A stretch of 63,343 nucleotides of DNA, counting the filler. It is 8 parts of 8 records of this genome, joined end to end, with 100 filler letters (N's around TTAATTAATTAA, not from the genome) between each part and the next. Parts side by side here need not be neighbours in the genome. Positions count along the whole stretch, not along the records: positions 50,675 to 56,066 come from SRR31147125_11783; positions 56,167 to 63,343 come from SRR31147125_11805; 6 more parts are not named here. One strand, 5' to 3'. The notes beneath the pieces are model-generated. The model made no database searches and was not told the DNA's origin. It worked only from the letters and a program-made list of their open reading frames with translations. The position numbers and the translations under genes were made by a program. This document shows positions 50,675-60,784 of the stretch, in pieces; positions within the stretch are counted from its first letter, which is position 1; every line of letters starts with the position of its first letter.

Positions 50675-51528
50675 TTTTGGTATTATTACCGGTCGTTTTC
50701 AAGAATTGGAACGGGAAATTCACAGGATCACTGTGGAAAAAACTCATTTTATTCGGATTGCCTTTTGTACCCAGCGGATTGTCCAGCATGATCATTGAAT
50801 TGAGCGATCGTTATATGCTGGAATGGTTCAAAGGTATGGAGGATGTGGGATTATATTCAGCCGGACATAAGCTGGGTATTTTCATGATGCTGGTGGTTAT
50901 GGCTTTCCGCTTTGCCTGGCAGCCTTTCTTTCTGCAAAAACATGATGATCCCAATGCACCGAAATTGTTCTCAAAGATTATGACTTGGTTTGTATTTCTA
51001 ATGACCCTTGTTTTCCTGGGTATCTCATTTTTCATCAAAGAGATCGTGGCATTAGAGATCTTAGGGCGCCATATTATCGCCGAAAGCTTTTGGCCGGGTA
51101 TTACAGTGGTCCCTTTGATCCTTGCGGCTTACCTGTTTAACGGAATTTATATCAATTTTCATCCATCTATCTTTTATACGGGCAAAACTTGGGTGATCAC
51201 GGTAGTCGTGGGGATAGCGGCTGTGATCAATATTACGCTGAATCTTATCCTTATTCCCCAAATAGGGATGATAGGGGCAGGTATTTCATCACTTTCTGCA
51301 TATGTTTTTATGGCTGTGTGTACTTATCTGATCGTAAGGAAATGGATGGATGTCCGCTATGAATGGATCAAACTGGGCTTAATGTTTGTATTGACATTGA
51401 CATTAACCGTCCTGTTCTATACCTTGCAGATTCAGGCAGTCTGGCTGAAACTTGTCATGGTTTTTGCTTATGCAGCCCTTATACTATTTTTTATCCTTCC
51501 AAGAAAAGGAAAGTTACTTGCCAAATAG
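50675..51528 (+). CDS. Polysaccharide flippase (Wzx/PST family), 5' truncated
   Basis: FGLP, SDRYML, VGLYSAG, AWQPF, LNLILIPQIGMIGA. Confidence 0.88.
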
Positions 51529-52951
51529 ACTTCTAAAACATTCCATGATCTATACAGGCGGCAATATTTTGGCACGAGGCCTGAATTTTATTATTCAGGT
51601 TTCCATTTGGTCAAATCTATTTCCTCCGGATGCCTATGGGCAGATCGCCTATTGTTATGTTTTTATATCGTTTATGGCTGTGATCCTTCCGCTTGGACTT
51701 GATGCCGCTTTCATGAACTATTATGTCCGCGGCAAGAATAAGGCGGCTTATCTCAAGAACACGCTTTTTCTGATCTCAATATTGGCGATCTCATTTGTAG
51801 TTATTGCAATGCTTTTAAAACAACAGCTTGCTCCCATTGCCATCAGACAGGATTCCGGAAAACTTTTAGCTATTTCACTAGGAATATTGTTTTTTGATAT
51901 TATCAATAATCAAGGACTGCTTTATCTGCGTGCTGAAGGCAAGGCAATGTTCTCGATTATTCTACAGAACATTGAAATAATTGTAAGATTAGCTTTACTC
52001 CTGATCCTGGTTTTTTCTATTTCGAAGGATATTCAATATATTCTTTGGGCCAATTTGGCATCAACAGGAATCATTTTTATTATATTCTTGTTTATTCTTG
52101 TTCCTAAGATAAAAGAAGCAAAGATTTCAAGAAGTATTATGAAAGAACTCTTGTTCTTTGGTTTACCCTTTCTCATTTCAGGAGTTTTTGATCGAACCAT
52201 TGAACTGGCAGACAGACGTCTGATCGGTTATTATCTTGGGGATGAAGCGACTGGTCTCTATGTAGCATCTTATACCGTAGCTGTGTTGATGCGTTTACTG
52301 GTACACAGTTTCAATGCCGGCTGGCAACCCTATTTCCTTTCTAAAGTTGATCAGGAAGAGGGAAGGGCCAAGCTGGAAAAGATCTATCTGCAAACCGCTG
52401 TGATCTTTGTTGCAATATGGTTCATTGCATCTATCTGGGTCCCTGAATTGGTCAAGATACCGCTTGGTGGAGGGAAAAATATACTTCACGCATCATATTG
52501 GGATGGAATATCGATCATCCCGGTTATCATGGGTGCATACGTCATGATGGGATTATATTTCTTGCAACTCCCGGTTTTGTATCATCAAAGAAAAACCGGA
52601 CTGAATGCCTTATTTATTGGTATCGGAGCTGTTCTTAACCTTGGATTAAATCTTATTCTCATTCCTCGTATCGGGATCATGGGTGCCGCGATCGCTACGG
52701 CTGCTGCTTATGCAACGATGACACTTGCTATCAGGATATGGAGTCGGGTAAAAGCTAAAATGATGTTGCATGATATGAAATTGATCCTGATCATCGTACT
52801 GTCCATAACCATATTTGTTGGTGTTCAGCATATTGAGATTGGATTTCTGATGAAGATCATCGTCACACTTGTTTATTTAGCTATGGTATATTTTATCCAA
52901 CCGGTAAGAATTGTTGATCTACTACGCTCCTGTCGGAGCTCCGAAGATTAA
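51518..52951 (+). CDS. Second polysaccharide flippase (Wzx/PST family)
   Basis: TTG 51518 with AAGGA SD; SMIYTGGN, PDAYG, ADRRLIG, LIPRIGIMGAAIAT. Confidence 0.88.
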   Translation: MPNRLLKHSMIYTGGNILARGLNFIIQVSIWSNLFPPDAYGQIAYCYVFISFMAVILPLGLDAAFMNYYVRGKNKAAYLKNTLFLISILAISFVVIAMLLKQQLAPIAIRQDSGKLLAISLGILFFDIINNQGLLYLRAEGKAMFSIILQNIEIIVRLALLLILVFSISKDIQYILWANLASTGIIFIIFLFILVPKIKEAKISRSIMKELLFFGLPFLISGVFDRTIELADRRLIGYYLGDEATGLYVASYTVAVLMRLLVHSFNAGWQPYFLSKVDQEEGRAKLEKIYLQTAVIFVAIWFIASIWVPELVKIPLGGGKNILHASYWDGISIIPVIMGAYVMMGLYFLQLPVLYHQRKTGLNALFIGIGAVLNLGLNLILIPRIGIMGAAIATAAAYATMTLAIRIWSRVKAKMMLHDMKLILIIVLSITIFVGVQHIEIGFLMKIIVTLVYLAMVYFIQPVRIVDLLRSCRSSED

Positions 52952-52955
52952 AAGC

Positions 52956-52980
52956 GTTGAAACGTTGAAATGTTGAAATG
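52956..52980 (+). repeat. Short tandem repeat (GTTGAAAY x3)
   Basis: GTTGAAAC GTTGAAAT GTTGAAAT G. Confidence 0.6.
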
Positions 52981-53175
52981 ACATCAAAATAAAAAGCCCG
53001 AAAACTTTTTGGGACTAAGGATAACAGATTTTTTGGTATTCCAATATTCTTAGTGATTAATATAAAGTAAGCAGATTAGAGGGTCAGAAGCTTATTGTAA
53101 TGCGATGGAGTTTAATTTGATCATCATCAAACAAAAGCCATCAAGTTAATCCTGTTATCATGTCAAAAGAACTTG

Positions 53176-54327
53176 TCAAGTAAGGTCTTGATAGATTTCT
53201 ACCAATTTCCCGATCACAACCTTCACATCAAAACGAGCAACAGCATCTTTGCGAATTTTTTTTGCATCGTATTTTTCGGGTTCCTCGATCATTTCTTTCA
53301 TAGCTTCCGAGAGAGCGATAGGATTGTCGATAGGAACAAGAATGCCATTTTGTTTATTAATGATATCCGTGGCACCACCAATATTACCGCCGATCACGGG
53401 GATACCACAAGCAAGTGCTTCAGCCAAAACGACACCGAAGGTTTCCATTTTTGAACAAAGCATGCAGACATCTGCTTTTTGCATATTCTTCAGGACGACA
53501 TCTTTACCTGTTTGGCGAACGAATTCAACCTGTCGGGTTAGACTGTACTCGATAGATAGATCTTTCAATCTTTGATATTCCGGACCATCTCCCACTACGC
53601 GGATCTTGGCAAGATGCGTATTTCCGATAGCAACAAATGATTCGATGATCTTATCGATGCGTTTTTCGGGTCTTAACATGGCAACGATCAAGTAGGTGAA
53701 ACGGTTGACGAATGGTTTTTCGTCCAAAGGTTTAAAATACTCGGTATCAACCATATTGGGGACCACATGTGTTTTGCATGTGCTCGGGATCCGAAAATAT
53801 TGTTCGATCCGGTTCATAACAGCTGTGGATGGAGCAATAAGTCCCTGAATATTGTCATAGGTTTTCTGGATCAGCTCTTTTTGAAAATCAGAAAAGCCCT
53901 TATAGATCAAAAATTCTTTTAAATGTTCGGTAACAACAATGGGGATACCTAGATCATATGAGACTAAAGCAGCTCCCGCCCAAAGCGATGAGTGTGCATG
54001 AAAAAGTTCGGGGTTACCTTCTTTTTCCATGACTTCATTCACTTGTTCTTTCAGCAATTTCTGATATCGTTTATAAAAAGCTTCAGGTTTCTTTGGATGT
54101 TTATTGATTACAAGATGCTGATAGGTTTTAACCTTGTTTTCAGTAAAAACACGGCTTCCCAGATCTTTTCGTACCTCAAAATAATCTTTTAGAGAAATGA
54201 TCTCGGTAGCAATAACCACGACTTCGTGACCGGCTTTAGCCAATTGTTCGGCATGGTCTTTAAAGAAGGTGCCATTTATGGGCTTAGAAGGATAGGGATA
54301 CCAGGAGGGAACAATAAAGATCTTCAT
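53176..54327 (-). CDS. Glycosyltransferase family 4
   Basis: PSWYP, HAHS, VTEH, VVGDGP, ETFGVVLAEALACGIPVI. Confidence 0.93.
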   Translation of the reverse strand: MKIFIVPSWYPYPSKPINGTFFKDHAEQLAKAGHEVVVIATEIISLKDYFEVRKDLGSRVFTENKVKTYQHLVINKHPKKPEAFYKRYQKLLKEQVNEVMEKEGNPELFHAHSSLWAGAALVSYDLGIPIVVTEHLKEFLIYKGFSDFQKELIQKTYDNIQGLIAPSTAVMNRIEQYFRIPSTCKTHVVPNMVDTEYFKPLDEKPFVNRFTYLIVAMLRPEKRIDKIIESFVAIGNTHLAKIRVVGDGPEYQRLKDLSIEYSLTRQVEFVRQTGKDVVLKNMQKADVCMLCSKMETFGVVLAEALACGIPVIGGNIGGATDIINKQNGILVPIDNPIALSEAMKEMIEEPEKYDAKKIRKDAVARFDVKVVIGKLVEIYQDLT

Positions 54328-54331
54328 AGTC

Positions 54332-55120
54332 TCAAATTCGATTGTTAATGTTTAAAAATACTGTTTCTACGTTGTAGCTCTTTTCACACCAGCTCTGAAG
54401 GGCTTTTATGCCGATAGTTTCAGACCAGTAATGACCGAGGTTAATATAATTCGTTTTGCTTTCGTATGCAATAGCGGGTATTTGTTCTCTGATGTCTCCG
54501 CCAATGAATGTATCGATACCTTTTAACAGGGCAGGTTCATAGTAAGAACCGGATCCACCTGAGACAATAGCGATCTTTTCAGGGATCTCAGGACCAAAAT
54601 CGCAATGATCAATTCCGTAGGTTTTTGCGGGTTTTAATCTATCCGCCTCAATCGAACCTTCATCATCCGTATTAAGCTTAGTATGAAATGTTTTGAGTAT
54701 CTCATCTCTGGTCAATTTAGCAGTATTTTTAACAATATAACCCACTTCAAATGCTTCAATGATATCTGCGGAGATGCAAGATGCCAGTTGAGCATTGTTT
54801 CCGATCTCTCGATGGCCATCCAGAGGTAGGTGAATACCAAAAAGTGAAACATCAGCATCCAGAAGGGCTTTTACTTTTACCTTTTCTCTTCCTGTAACCG
54901 AAAAGAAATTCTTGCCGAATATACCATGATGCACGATGATGGCATCTGCGCCCCATTCGAGTGCTTGTTCGACTGCCGGAAGATTGTAGGAAACAGCGAA
55001 AGCGATCTTTTTGATCGTTTCCCGACCTTCGATCTGAAGTCCGTTCAGGCAGTAATCTTCATAATCTTCATACCTGAAGAGTTGCTGCAAAGCTTCTGAT
55101 AATTCCTGTCGTTTTACCAT
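54332..55120 (-). CDS. Nif3-like dinuclear metal centre protein
   Basis: NGLQIEG, IVHHGIF, HLPLDGH..IGNN, GHYWSE. Confidence 0.93.
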   Translation of the reverse strand: MVKRQELSEALQQLFRYEDYEDYCLNGLQIEGRETIKKIAFAVSYNLPAVEQALEWGADAIIVHHGIFGKNFFSVTGREKVKVKALLDADVSLFGIHLPLDGHREIGNNAQLASCISADIIEAFEVGYIVKNTAKLTRDEILKTFHTKLNTDDEGSIEADRLKPAKTYGIDHCDFGPEIPEKIAIVSGGSGSYYEPALLKGIDTFIGGDIREQIPAIAYESKTNYINLGHYWSETIGIKALQSWCEKSYNVETVFLNINNRI

Positions 55121-55121
55121 A

Positions 55122-56018
55122 TTACTCTTCTCCTATGACCAGAGTGATCGCTACCGGACGATGGTCGGAAATATATTCCTCGTACTCGGTCCATCTGCCG
55201 TCTAAATAAGTATCATATAATACAGTATTTGTTTGATAATGTGCAGAAAAAAGTTCATTTGAGATCGCAATATGATCAATATGAGATGGCCAGGATGGAT
55301 AAGACCAGTTTAAATTTGATCCTTCAGCCACATTCATATCCGTAAATTGATAGGATTGCTGATCGTTGATCATGTCGATAAATACATTATTGCTCTCGCT
55401 ATCTGTCAATTCGTCGTTCATATCACCGAGGATAACAACTCGATCATCCGCAAAATTGTCTTCAATATATTCATTGATCAAATCTATAGCTTCTTTACGG
55501 CGGTTTTCTTCATCATAGCTGTCACCCGTATCCAGATACCCGTCACCACCGGCCTTCAGGTGATTATTGATGATCACGACTTTTTGGCCGTTCCAATTTA
55601 CCTCCATCACATAGGGTGGGCGTGGGAAGGGACGGGAATTTGAGGTGTATATTTCGTAAGGTGAAGTGATAAGGTTTACACGTTCAGTATTGTACAAATA
55701 AGCCAAGCCCCAATCGGAGCCTCCATCTGCTTTCGCGTATTCGTAATCGTCAAGTCGATTTGCTAGAGTTTGCAGCGAGCTTTCCAGACGGATCTCCTGC
55801 ATGGCTATAATATCGGGTTGCAGGCGATTGACAGCATTTTCCACGTAAGAAATGCTTGTGTTGCTACTTTTTGGGAATAGTTCAAGATTCCAGGTCATGA
55901 TATCCAGAGTATCTCCTGAATGAAATACGGGATAATCATCATCGTCATCATCCGGAATATCAATGGCACATGAAAATAGAAGAACGATAATACTAAGAAT
56001 TAAAATTAAACGTTTCAG
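55122..56018 (-). CDS. Lipoprotein endonuclease/exonuclease/phosphatase (DNase I-like)
   Basis: TWNL, MQEI, NHLK, LGDMN, IDHI, SDHRP; frame extends 40 codons upstream of the listed ORF through a signal peptide with lipobox LFSC to a CTG. Confidence 0.85.
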   Translation of the reverse strand: MKRLILILSIIVLLFSCAIDIPDDDDDDYPVFHSGDTLDIMTWNLELFPKSSNTSISYVENAVNRLQPDIIAMQEIRLESSLQTLANRLDDYEYAKADGGSDWGLAYLYNTERVNLITSPYEIYTSNSRPFPRPPYVMEVNWNGQKVVIINNHLKAGGDGYLDTGDSYDEENRRKEAIDLINEYIEDNFADDRVVILGDMNDELTDSESNNVFIDMINDQQSYQFTDMNVAEGSNLNWSYPSWPSHIDHIAISNELFSAHYQTNTVLYDTYLDGRWTEYEEYISDHRPVAITLVIGEE

Positions 56019-56166
56019 GCTAGCTCCGTTTCTACAATATATTTCTGATTGACCATGGAGATATGTNNNNNNNNNNNNNNNNNNNNNNNNNNNNNNNNNN
56101 NNNNNNNNNNTTAATTAATTAANNNNNNNNNNNNNNNNNNNNNNNNNNNNNNNNNNNNNNNNNNNN

Positions 56167-57984
56167 ACTCTTTTCGAAAAAGATGTTGAATACGTTGTGG
56201 TTGACAACAAGGTAAAAATTGTTGATGAGCAAACAGGACGTATTATGGAAGGCCGTCGTTACTCAGATGGTCTGCATCAAGCCATTGAAGCAAAAGAAAA
56301 GGTGAAAGTTGAAGCTGCTACTCAAACATTTGCAACAATTACATTGCAGAATTACTTCAGAATGTATAACAAACTTTCTGGAATGACGGGTACTGCTGAG
56401 ACAGAAGCAGGAGAACTTTGGGATATCTACAAACTCGATGTTGTAGTAATTCCTACAAACAGACCCATCGTACGTGATGACAGGGAAGACCTCGTATTTA
56501 AAACAAAACGGGAAAAATACAATGCCGTTATTGACGAGACTGTAGAGTTGGTTAATGAAGGTCGTCCGGTGCTTGTGGGTACAACATCGGTTGAAATATC
56601 AGAACTTTTAAGTAGAATGCTTAAAATGAAAAGCATCAAGCACAATGTCTTGAATGCGAAACTTCATCAAAAAGAAGCAGATATTGTTGCCGAGGCTGGT
56701 ATTGCCGGAACAGTTACCATTGCTACAAACATGGCCGGTAGGGGTACCGATATTAAACTATCAAAACAAGTAAAGGATGCTGGTGGTCTTGCAATTGTGG
56801 GTACTGAGCGTCACGAATCGCGAAGGGTAGACAGACAGCTACGTGGTCGTGCCGGTAGGCAAGGAGATCCAGGAGCTTCGCAGTTTTACGTGTCGCTGGA
56901 AGACGACTTAATGCGTCTATTTGGTTCAGAAAGAATTTCCGGATTAATGGACAAATTAGGCCTAAAAGAGGGCGAAGTAATCCAGCACTCTATGATATCA
57001 AAGTCCATTGAACGCGCTCAGAAAAAAGTTGAAGAAAACAATTTTGGTATCAGAAAAAGATTGCTTGAGTATGATGATGTGATGAATTCACAGCGCGAAG
57101 TGATATACAAGAAACGTAAACATGCCCTATTCGGAGAACGAATTAATGTTGATGTAGCCAACATGATATATGATGTTTGCGAAAGTATTGTGTCTGAACA
57201 TCACGGAAATACTTCTTTCGAAGAGTTCTCTTTTGATTTGCTTAAAAACTTGTCTATAGAATCACCTGTAAACGAAGACGAATTTTTAAAACTAAATACT
57301 AGCGATATTACTGAAAAAGTTTATGGTCAGGCACTAGAAGCCTATAATCGTAAAAAAGAGATAATTGCTAAGCAGGCATATCCTGTAATTAAAAATGTAT
57401 TTGAAAAACAAGGAAAGGTTTACGAGAATATTGTTGTACCAATTACTGATGGCAGGAAAAACTATAATATCTTAACAAACCTTGAAAAAGCATATCAGAC
57501 CCAATGCCTTGATTTAGTCAGGTCGTATGAGAAAAATATTATTTTAATCTCCATTGATGAATCCTGGAAAGAGCACTTAAGGGAATTGGACGATTTACGT
57601 CAATCTGTGCAGAATGCCACATATGAGCAAAAAGATCCGCTTTTGATTTATAAATTTGAATCGTTCGAGTTATTTAAAACCATGCTCGATACGGTTAATA
57701 AAAACGTTGTTGGTATTTTAATGAGAGGACAAATTCCTTCTCAAGATCCAGAACAAGTTCGCCAGGCTGAAGAGCAAAAGCGATTAGACATGAGTCGTTT
57801 CGAGGCTTCGAAAGATGAATATAGTCCTTCATTAAAAGAAGGTGGAAACAACGAGGCAATGCAAAACCAAAAGCAAAAAGTTCAGCCTGTAAGGGTTGAG
57901 AAAAAGGTTGGTAGAAACGATCCTTGTCCCTGTGGTAGTGGTAAGAAATATAAGCAGTGCCATGGAAAGGTGGGAGTGGAGTAG
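56167..57984 (+). CDS. secA: Preprotein translocase SecA, 5' truncated
   Basis: [41 protein letters not shown]-terminal [19 protein letters not shown]. Confidence 0.98.
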   Translation, partial: TLFEKDVEYVVVDNKVKIVDEQTGRIMEGRRYSDGLHQAIEAKEKVKVEAATQTFATITLQNYFRMYNKLSGMTGTAETEAGELWDIYKLDVVVIPTNRPIVRDDREDLVFKTKREKYNAVIDETVELVNEGRPVLVGTTSVEISELLSRMLKMKSIKHNVLNAKLHQKEADIVAEAGIAGTVTIATNMAGRGTDIKLSKQVKDAGGLAIVGTERHESRRVDRQLRGRAGRQGDPGASQFYVSLEDDLMRLFGSERISGLMDKLGLKEGEVIQHSMISKSIERAQKKVEENNFGIRKRLLEYDDVMNSQREVIYKKRKHALFGERINVDVANMIYDVCESIVSEHHGNTSFEEFSFDLLKNLSIESPVNEDEFLKLNTSDITEKVYGQALEAYNRKKEIIAKQAYPVIKNVFEKQGKVYENIVVPITDGRKNYNILTNLEKAYQTQCLDLVRSYEKNIILISIDESWKEHLRELDDLRQSVQNATYEQKDPLLIYKFESFELFKTMLDTVNKNVVGILMRGQIPSQDPEQVRQAEEQKRLDMSRFEASKDEYSPSLKEGGNNEAMQNQKQKVQPVRVEKKVGRNDPCPCGSGKKYKQCHGKVGVE

Positions 57985-58056
57985 GCTTTAGTTAGAATAC
58001 AAATAAAGTAAATCAATGTGATAAATTAGATGTAATAGTATTCTTTACTAAAACAC

Positions 58057-58064
58057 TAAATTTG
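58057..58064 (+). promoter_or_regulatory. Bacteroidota -7 promoter element
   Basis: TAAATTTG matches TAnnTTTG just upstream of DUF433 gene. Confidence 0.5.
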
Positions 58065-58075
58065 CAAATAAAGTC

Positions 58076-58316
58076 ATGGAAATTAACTGGAAAGAACATA
58101 TTCATTCGGATTCAAATGTCCTTTTAGGTAAACCCGTAATAAAAGGGACAAGACTTTCTGTAGAATTCATATTAAGCCTTTACGCAAAAGGATGGAGTGA
58201 GAATACTATTTTAGAGAATTATCCTACACTTTCAAAGGAGAACCTCAAAGCTGTTTTTTTATTTACAGGAATGTTTGTCCCAGGAATTATACTTCCCAAT
58301 TAAAAAAGCAATTTAA
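58076..58316 (+). CDS. DUF433 antitoxin-like protein (indel in T-run near 58254-58260)
   Basis: GKPVIKGTRLSVE, ILENYPTL; shifted frame ends in a TAATG overlap with the next gene. Confidence 0.85.
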
Positions 58317-58669
58317 TGAAATTTTTGGCAAACGAAAATGTATCGTTGGCATCAATAAAACTTTTGCGTTCTTCTGGTTTTGAGGTTATTAGCATTTCTG
58401 AAGAAATGGGAGGCGCTTCTGATGAATTGGTCTTAAATAGAGCAGTTAATGAAGAATTGATTATACTGACATTCGATAGGGATTATGGGGAGTTAATTTT
58501 TAAGTACAAATTAGAGACTCCTCCGGCTATAGTCTACTTTAGATTAAAAAATGATTTACCTGAAGATTCGGGTAAAATATTATTAAACATCATAAATAAT
58601 GCTGATTTTCAATTAAAAGGAAATTTTACCGTAATTGAAGATGATAATATTAGGCAAAGAAAATTGTAA
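58316..58669 (+). CDS. DUF5615 PIN-like protein (VapC45-like toxin)
   Basis: MKFLANENV, ASDE, ILTFDRDYGEL, IRQRKL. Confidence 0.88.
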   Translation: MKFLANENVSLASIKLLRSSGFEVISISEEMGGASDELVLNRAVNEELIILTFDRDYGELIFKYKLETPPAIVYFRLKNDLPEDSGKILLNIINNADFQLKGNFTVIEDDNIRQRKL

Positions 58670-58722
58670 TCGAATACAATCCTTTACTTAGAAGTTCCTA
58701 TTTATTTAAATAGAGAGATAAA

Positions 58723-59970
58723 ATGACAAAAGCAGAAATAATCACCATTGGTGACGAAATACTTATTGGCCAGATAGTAGATACAAATTCTACCTGGTTG
58801 GCAACGCAGCTTAATTTAATAGGAGTTAAAATTCATCAAATCACCTCTATTTCTGATGACCATGATCATATTCTGGAAGCTTTATCAGAGGCCAACAGTA
58901 GGGTAGACGTGGTAATTGTTACAGGTGGGTTAGGCCCAACAAAAGATGATATAACAAAACCTACCATATGTGAGTATTTCGATTCAAAATTGGTCATTCA
59001 TCAGCCTACGCTGGATTTTGTTACCGACAGGTTAACCAAGCGCGGTGTAAAAATGACTGAGAAAAACCGTGAACAGGCCCTTGTTCCGGATAACTGTGAG
59101 GTATTGTTTAACAACCATGGTTCAGCTCCGTGTATGATGTTTAAAAAGGACAACACATTGTTCTTTTTTATGCCTGGAGTACCGTTTGAAATGAAAGGGA
59201 TTTATACGGATCATATAGCCGATAAAATAAAAGAAGAATTTTCGCTAAAAAGTATATATCACAGAACAATATTAACTCAAGGGGTTGCTGAGTCAATTCT
59301 TGCTGAGAAAATTTCAGATTGGGAGGATAATCTTCCTGATAATGTAAAACTGGCTTATTTGCCACGTCCTGGGATTGTTCGTCTTCGATTAAGTGTTATG
59401 GCAGACAATGAAAAACTAGCCACAGAAATTACAAATAAAGAAATAAGTGAGCTGTATAAAATAATACCAGAACACATTTTTGGAGAAAATGGAGACTCTT
59501 TAGAAAGTTTATTAGGAAAACTATTAAAAGAAAAAAATCTCACGGTAGCAACTGCGGAAAGTTGCACAGGTGGCAATATTGCGGGACGGTTAACATCAAT
59601 TTCAGGAAGTTCGGCCTATTTTAAGGGCTCCATAGTTGCATATGATAATTATATAAAGAATAACATTCTAAAAGTAAAACAAGAATCGCTGGAAGAACAT
59701 GGAGCAGTAAGCCAATCTGTTGTTGAAGAAATGGTGGATGGAGCTATACATCTTTTTGGTGTTGATTATGCAATTGCAACTTCTGGAATCGCAGGGCCAA
59801 CTGGAGGTTCTCCCGAGAAACCAGTTGGTACAGTTTGGATTGCAGTTGGTAATAGGGATAAAATAGTAGCTAAAAAATTCTATTTTGGTGATAATAGAGA
59901 ACGTAATATCGAAAGGTCGGTCATTTCGGGATTAAATATGCTGAGAAAATTTATTCTTGAAAGTTATTAA
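58723..59970 (+). CDS. cinA: Competence/damage-inducible protein A (NMN deamidase fusion)
   Basis: IGDEILIGQIVDTN, GGLGPTKDD, PGVP.EM, AESCTGG, SGIAGP.GG. Confidence 0.96.
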   Translation: MTKAEIITIGDEILIGQIVDTNSTWLATQLNLIGVKIHQITSISDDHDHILEALSEANSRVDVVIVTGGLGPTKDDITKPTICEYFDSKLVIHQPTLDFVTDRLTKRGVKMTEKNREQALVPDNCEVLFNNHGSAPCMMFKKDNTLFFFMPGVPFEMKGIYTDHIADKIKEEFSLKSIYHRTILTQGVAESILAEKISDWEDNLPDNVKLAYLPRPGIVRLRLSVMADNEKLATEITNKEISELYKIIPEHIFGENGDSLESLLGKLLKEKNLTVATAESCTGGNIAGRLTSISGSSAYFKGSIVAYDNYIKNNILKVKQESLEEHGAVSQSVVEEMVDGAIHLFGVDYAIATSGIAGPTGGSPEKPVGTVWIAVGNRDKIVAKKFYFGDNRERNIERSVISGLNMLRKFILESY

Positions 59971-60082
59971 CAAAAACCTGTTGATAGTTTTGAATTTTAT
60001 CCAATTAATAGTTTGATTTTTAACGAAAATTTACGTTCTTTGCACTTCGTTTTTAAAAAAGGATAAAGAAAATTACAATACA

Positions 60083-60325
60083 ATGTCTAAAGTTTGTCAA
60101 ATAACAGGAAAGAAGGTGATGTTTGGAAACAACGTATCACATTCACATAGAAAAACAAGACGTACTTTTCAAGCTAACTTATTTACTAAAAGGTTCTACT
60201 TACCAGAAGAAAATCGTTGGATTAGCTTAAAGGTATCAGCGGCAGGGATTCGCACAATTAACAAAAAGGGATTAAAAAACGCATTAACTGAAGCGCAACA
60301 AAAAGGTTATATCAGTAATTTTTAA
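60083..60325 (+). CDS. rpmB: 50S ribosomal protein L28
   Basis: [17 protein letters not shown]. Confidence 0.98.
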   Translation: MSKVCQITGKKVMFGNNVSHSHRKTRRTFQANLFTKRFYLPEENRWISLKVSAAGIRTINKKGLKNALTEAQQKGYISNF

Positions 60326-60335
60326 TTAAGAAAAA

Positions 60336-60518
60336 ATGGCAAAAAAGGGAAACAGAGTTCAGGTAATCCTCGAATGCACAGAGCACAAAGACAGTGGTAT
60401 GCCTGGAACATCAAGATACATTACAACTAAGAATAAAAAGAATACACCAGATAGAATGGAGTTAAAGAAGTACAACCCAATTCTAAGGAAAATGACAGTT
60501 CACAAAGAAATTAAATAA
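60336..60518 (+). CDS. rpmG: 50S ribosomal protein L33
   Basis: [10 protein letters not shown]...[21 protein letters not shown]. Confidence 0.98.
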   Translation: MAKKGNRVQVILECTEHKDSGMPGTSRYITTKNKKNTPDRMELKKYNPILRKMTVHKEIK

Positions 60519-60520
60519 TT

Positions 60521-60673
60521 ATGGCAAAGAAAGTAGTTGCAAGTTTACAAAAAGGAGAGGGTAGAACATACACCCGATGCATCAAAGCTGTAAAGTCTGA
60601 CAAAACTGGCGCTTACACTTTTGTTGATGAAATGGTACACAACGACGATGTAAAAGGTTATTTCAAGAACTAA
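60521..60673 (+). CDS. DUF4295 protein (Bacteroidota ribosomal protein bL38), not in ORF track
   Basis: MAKKVVASLQKGEGRTYTRCIKAVKSDKTGAYTFVDEMVHNDDVKGYFKN; typical rpmB-rpmG-DUF4295-ftsY order. Confidence 0.9.
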   Translation: MAKKVVASLQKGEGRTYTRCIKAVKSDKTGAYTFVDEMVHNDDVKGYFKN

Positions 60674-60752
60674 TTAGTTTTTAAAATACTTTATAAAATA
60701 TGATTTAAAGCTTTCTTGACTAAAAGGAGGCTTTTTTATTTTTATAAAAGTT

Positions 60753-60760
60753 TACCTTTG
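60753..60760 (+). promoter_or_regulatory. Bacteroidota -7 promoter element for ftsY
   Basis: TACCTTTG matches TAnnTTTG. Confidence 0.55.
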
Positions 60761-60784
60761 CATCTTCCTGATTTAAGTATAATT

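Noticed and set aside
52956-52980. GTTGAAAC-like words resembling CRISPR repeat ends
   Set aside because: Contiguous 8-mer tandem with no spacers.
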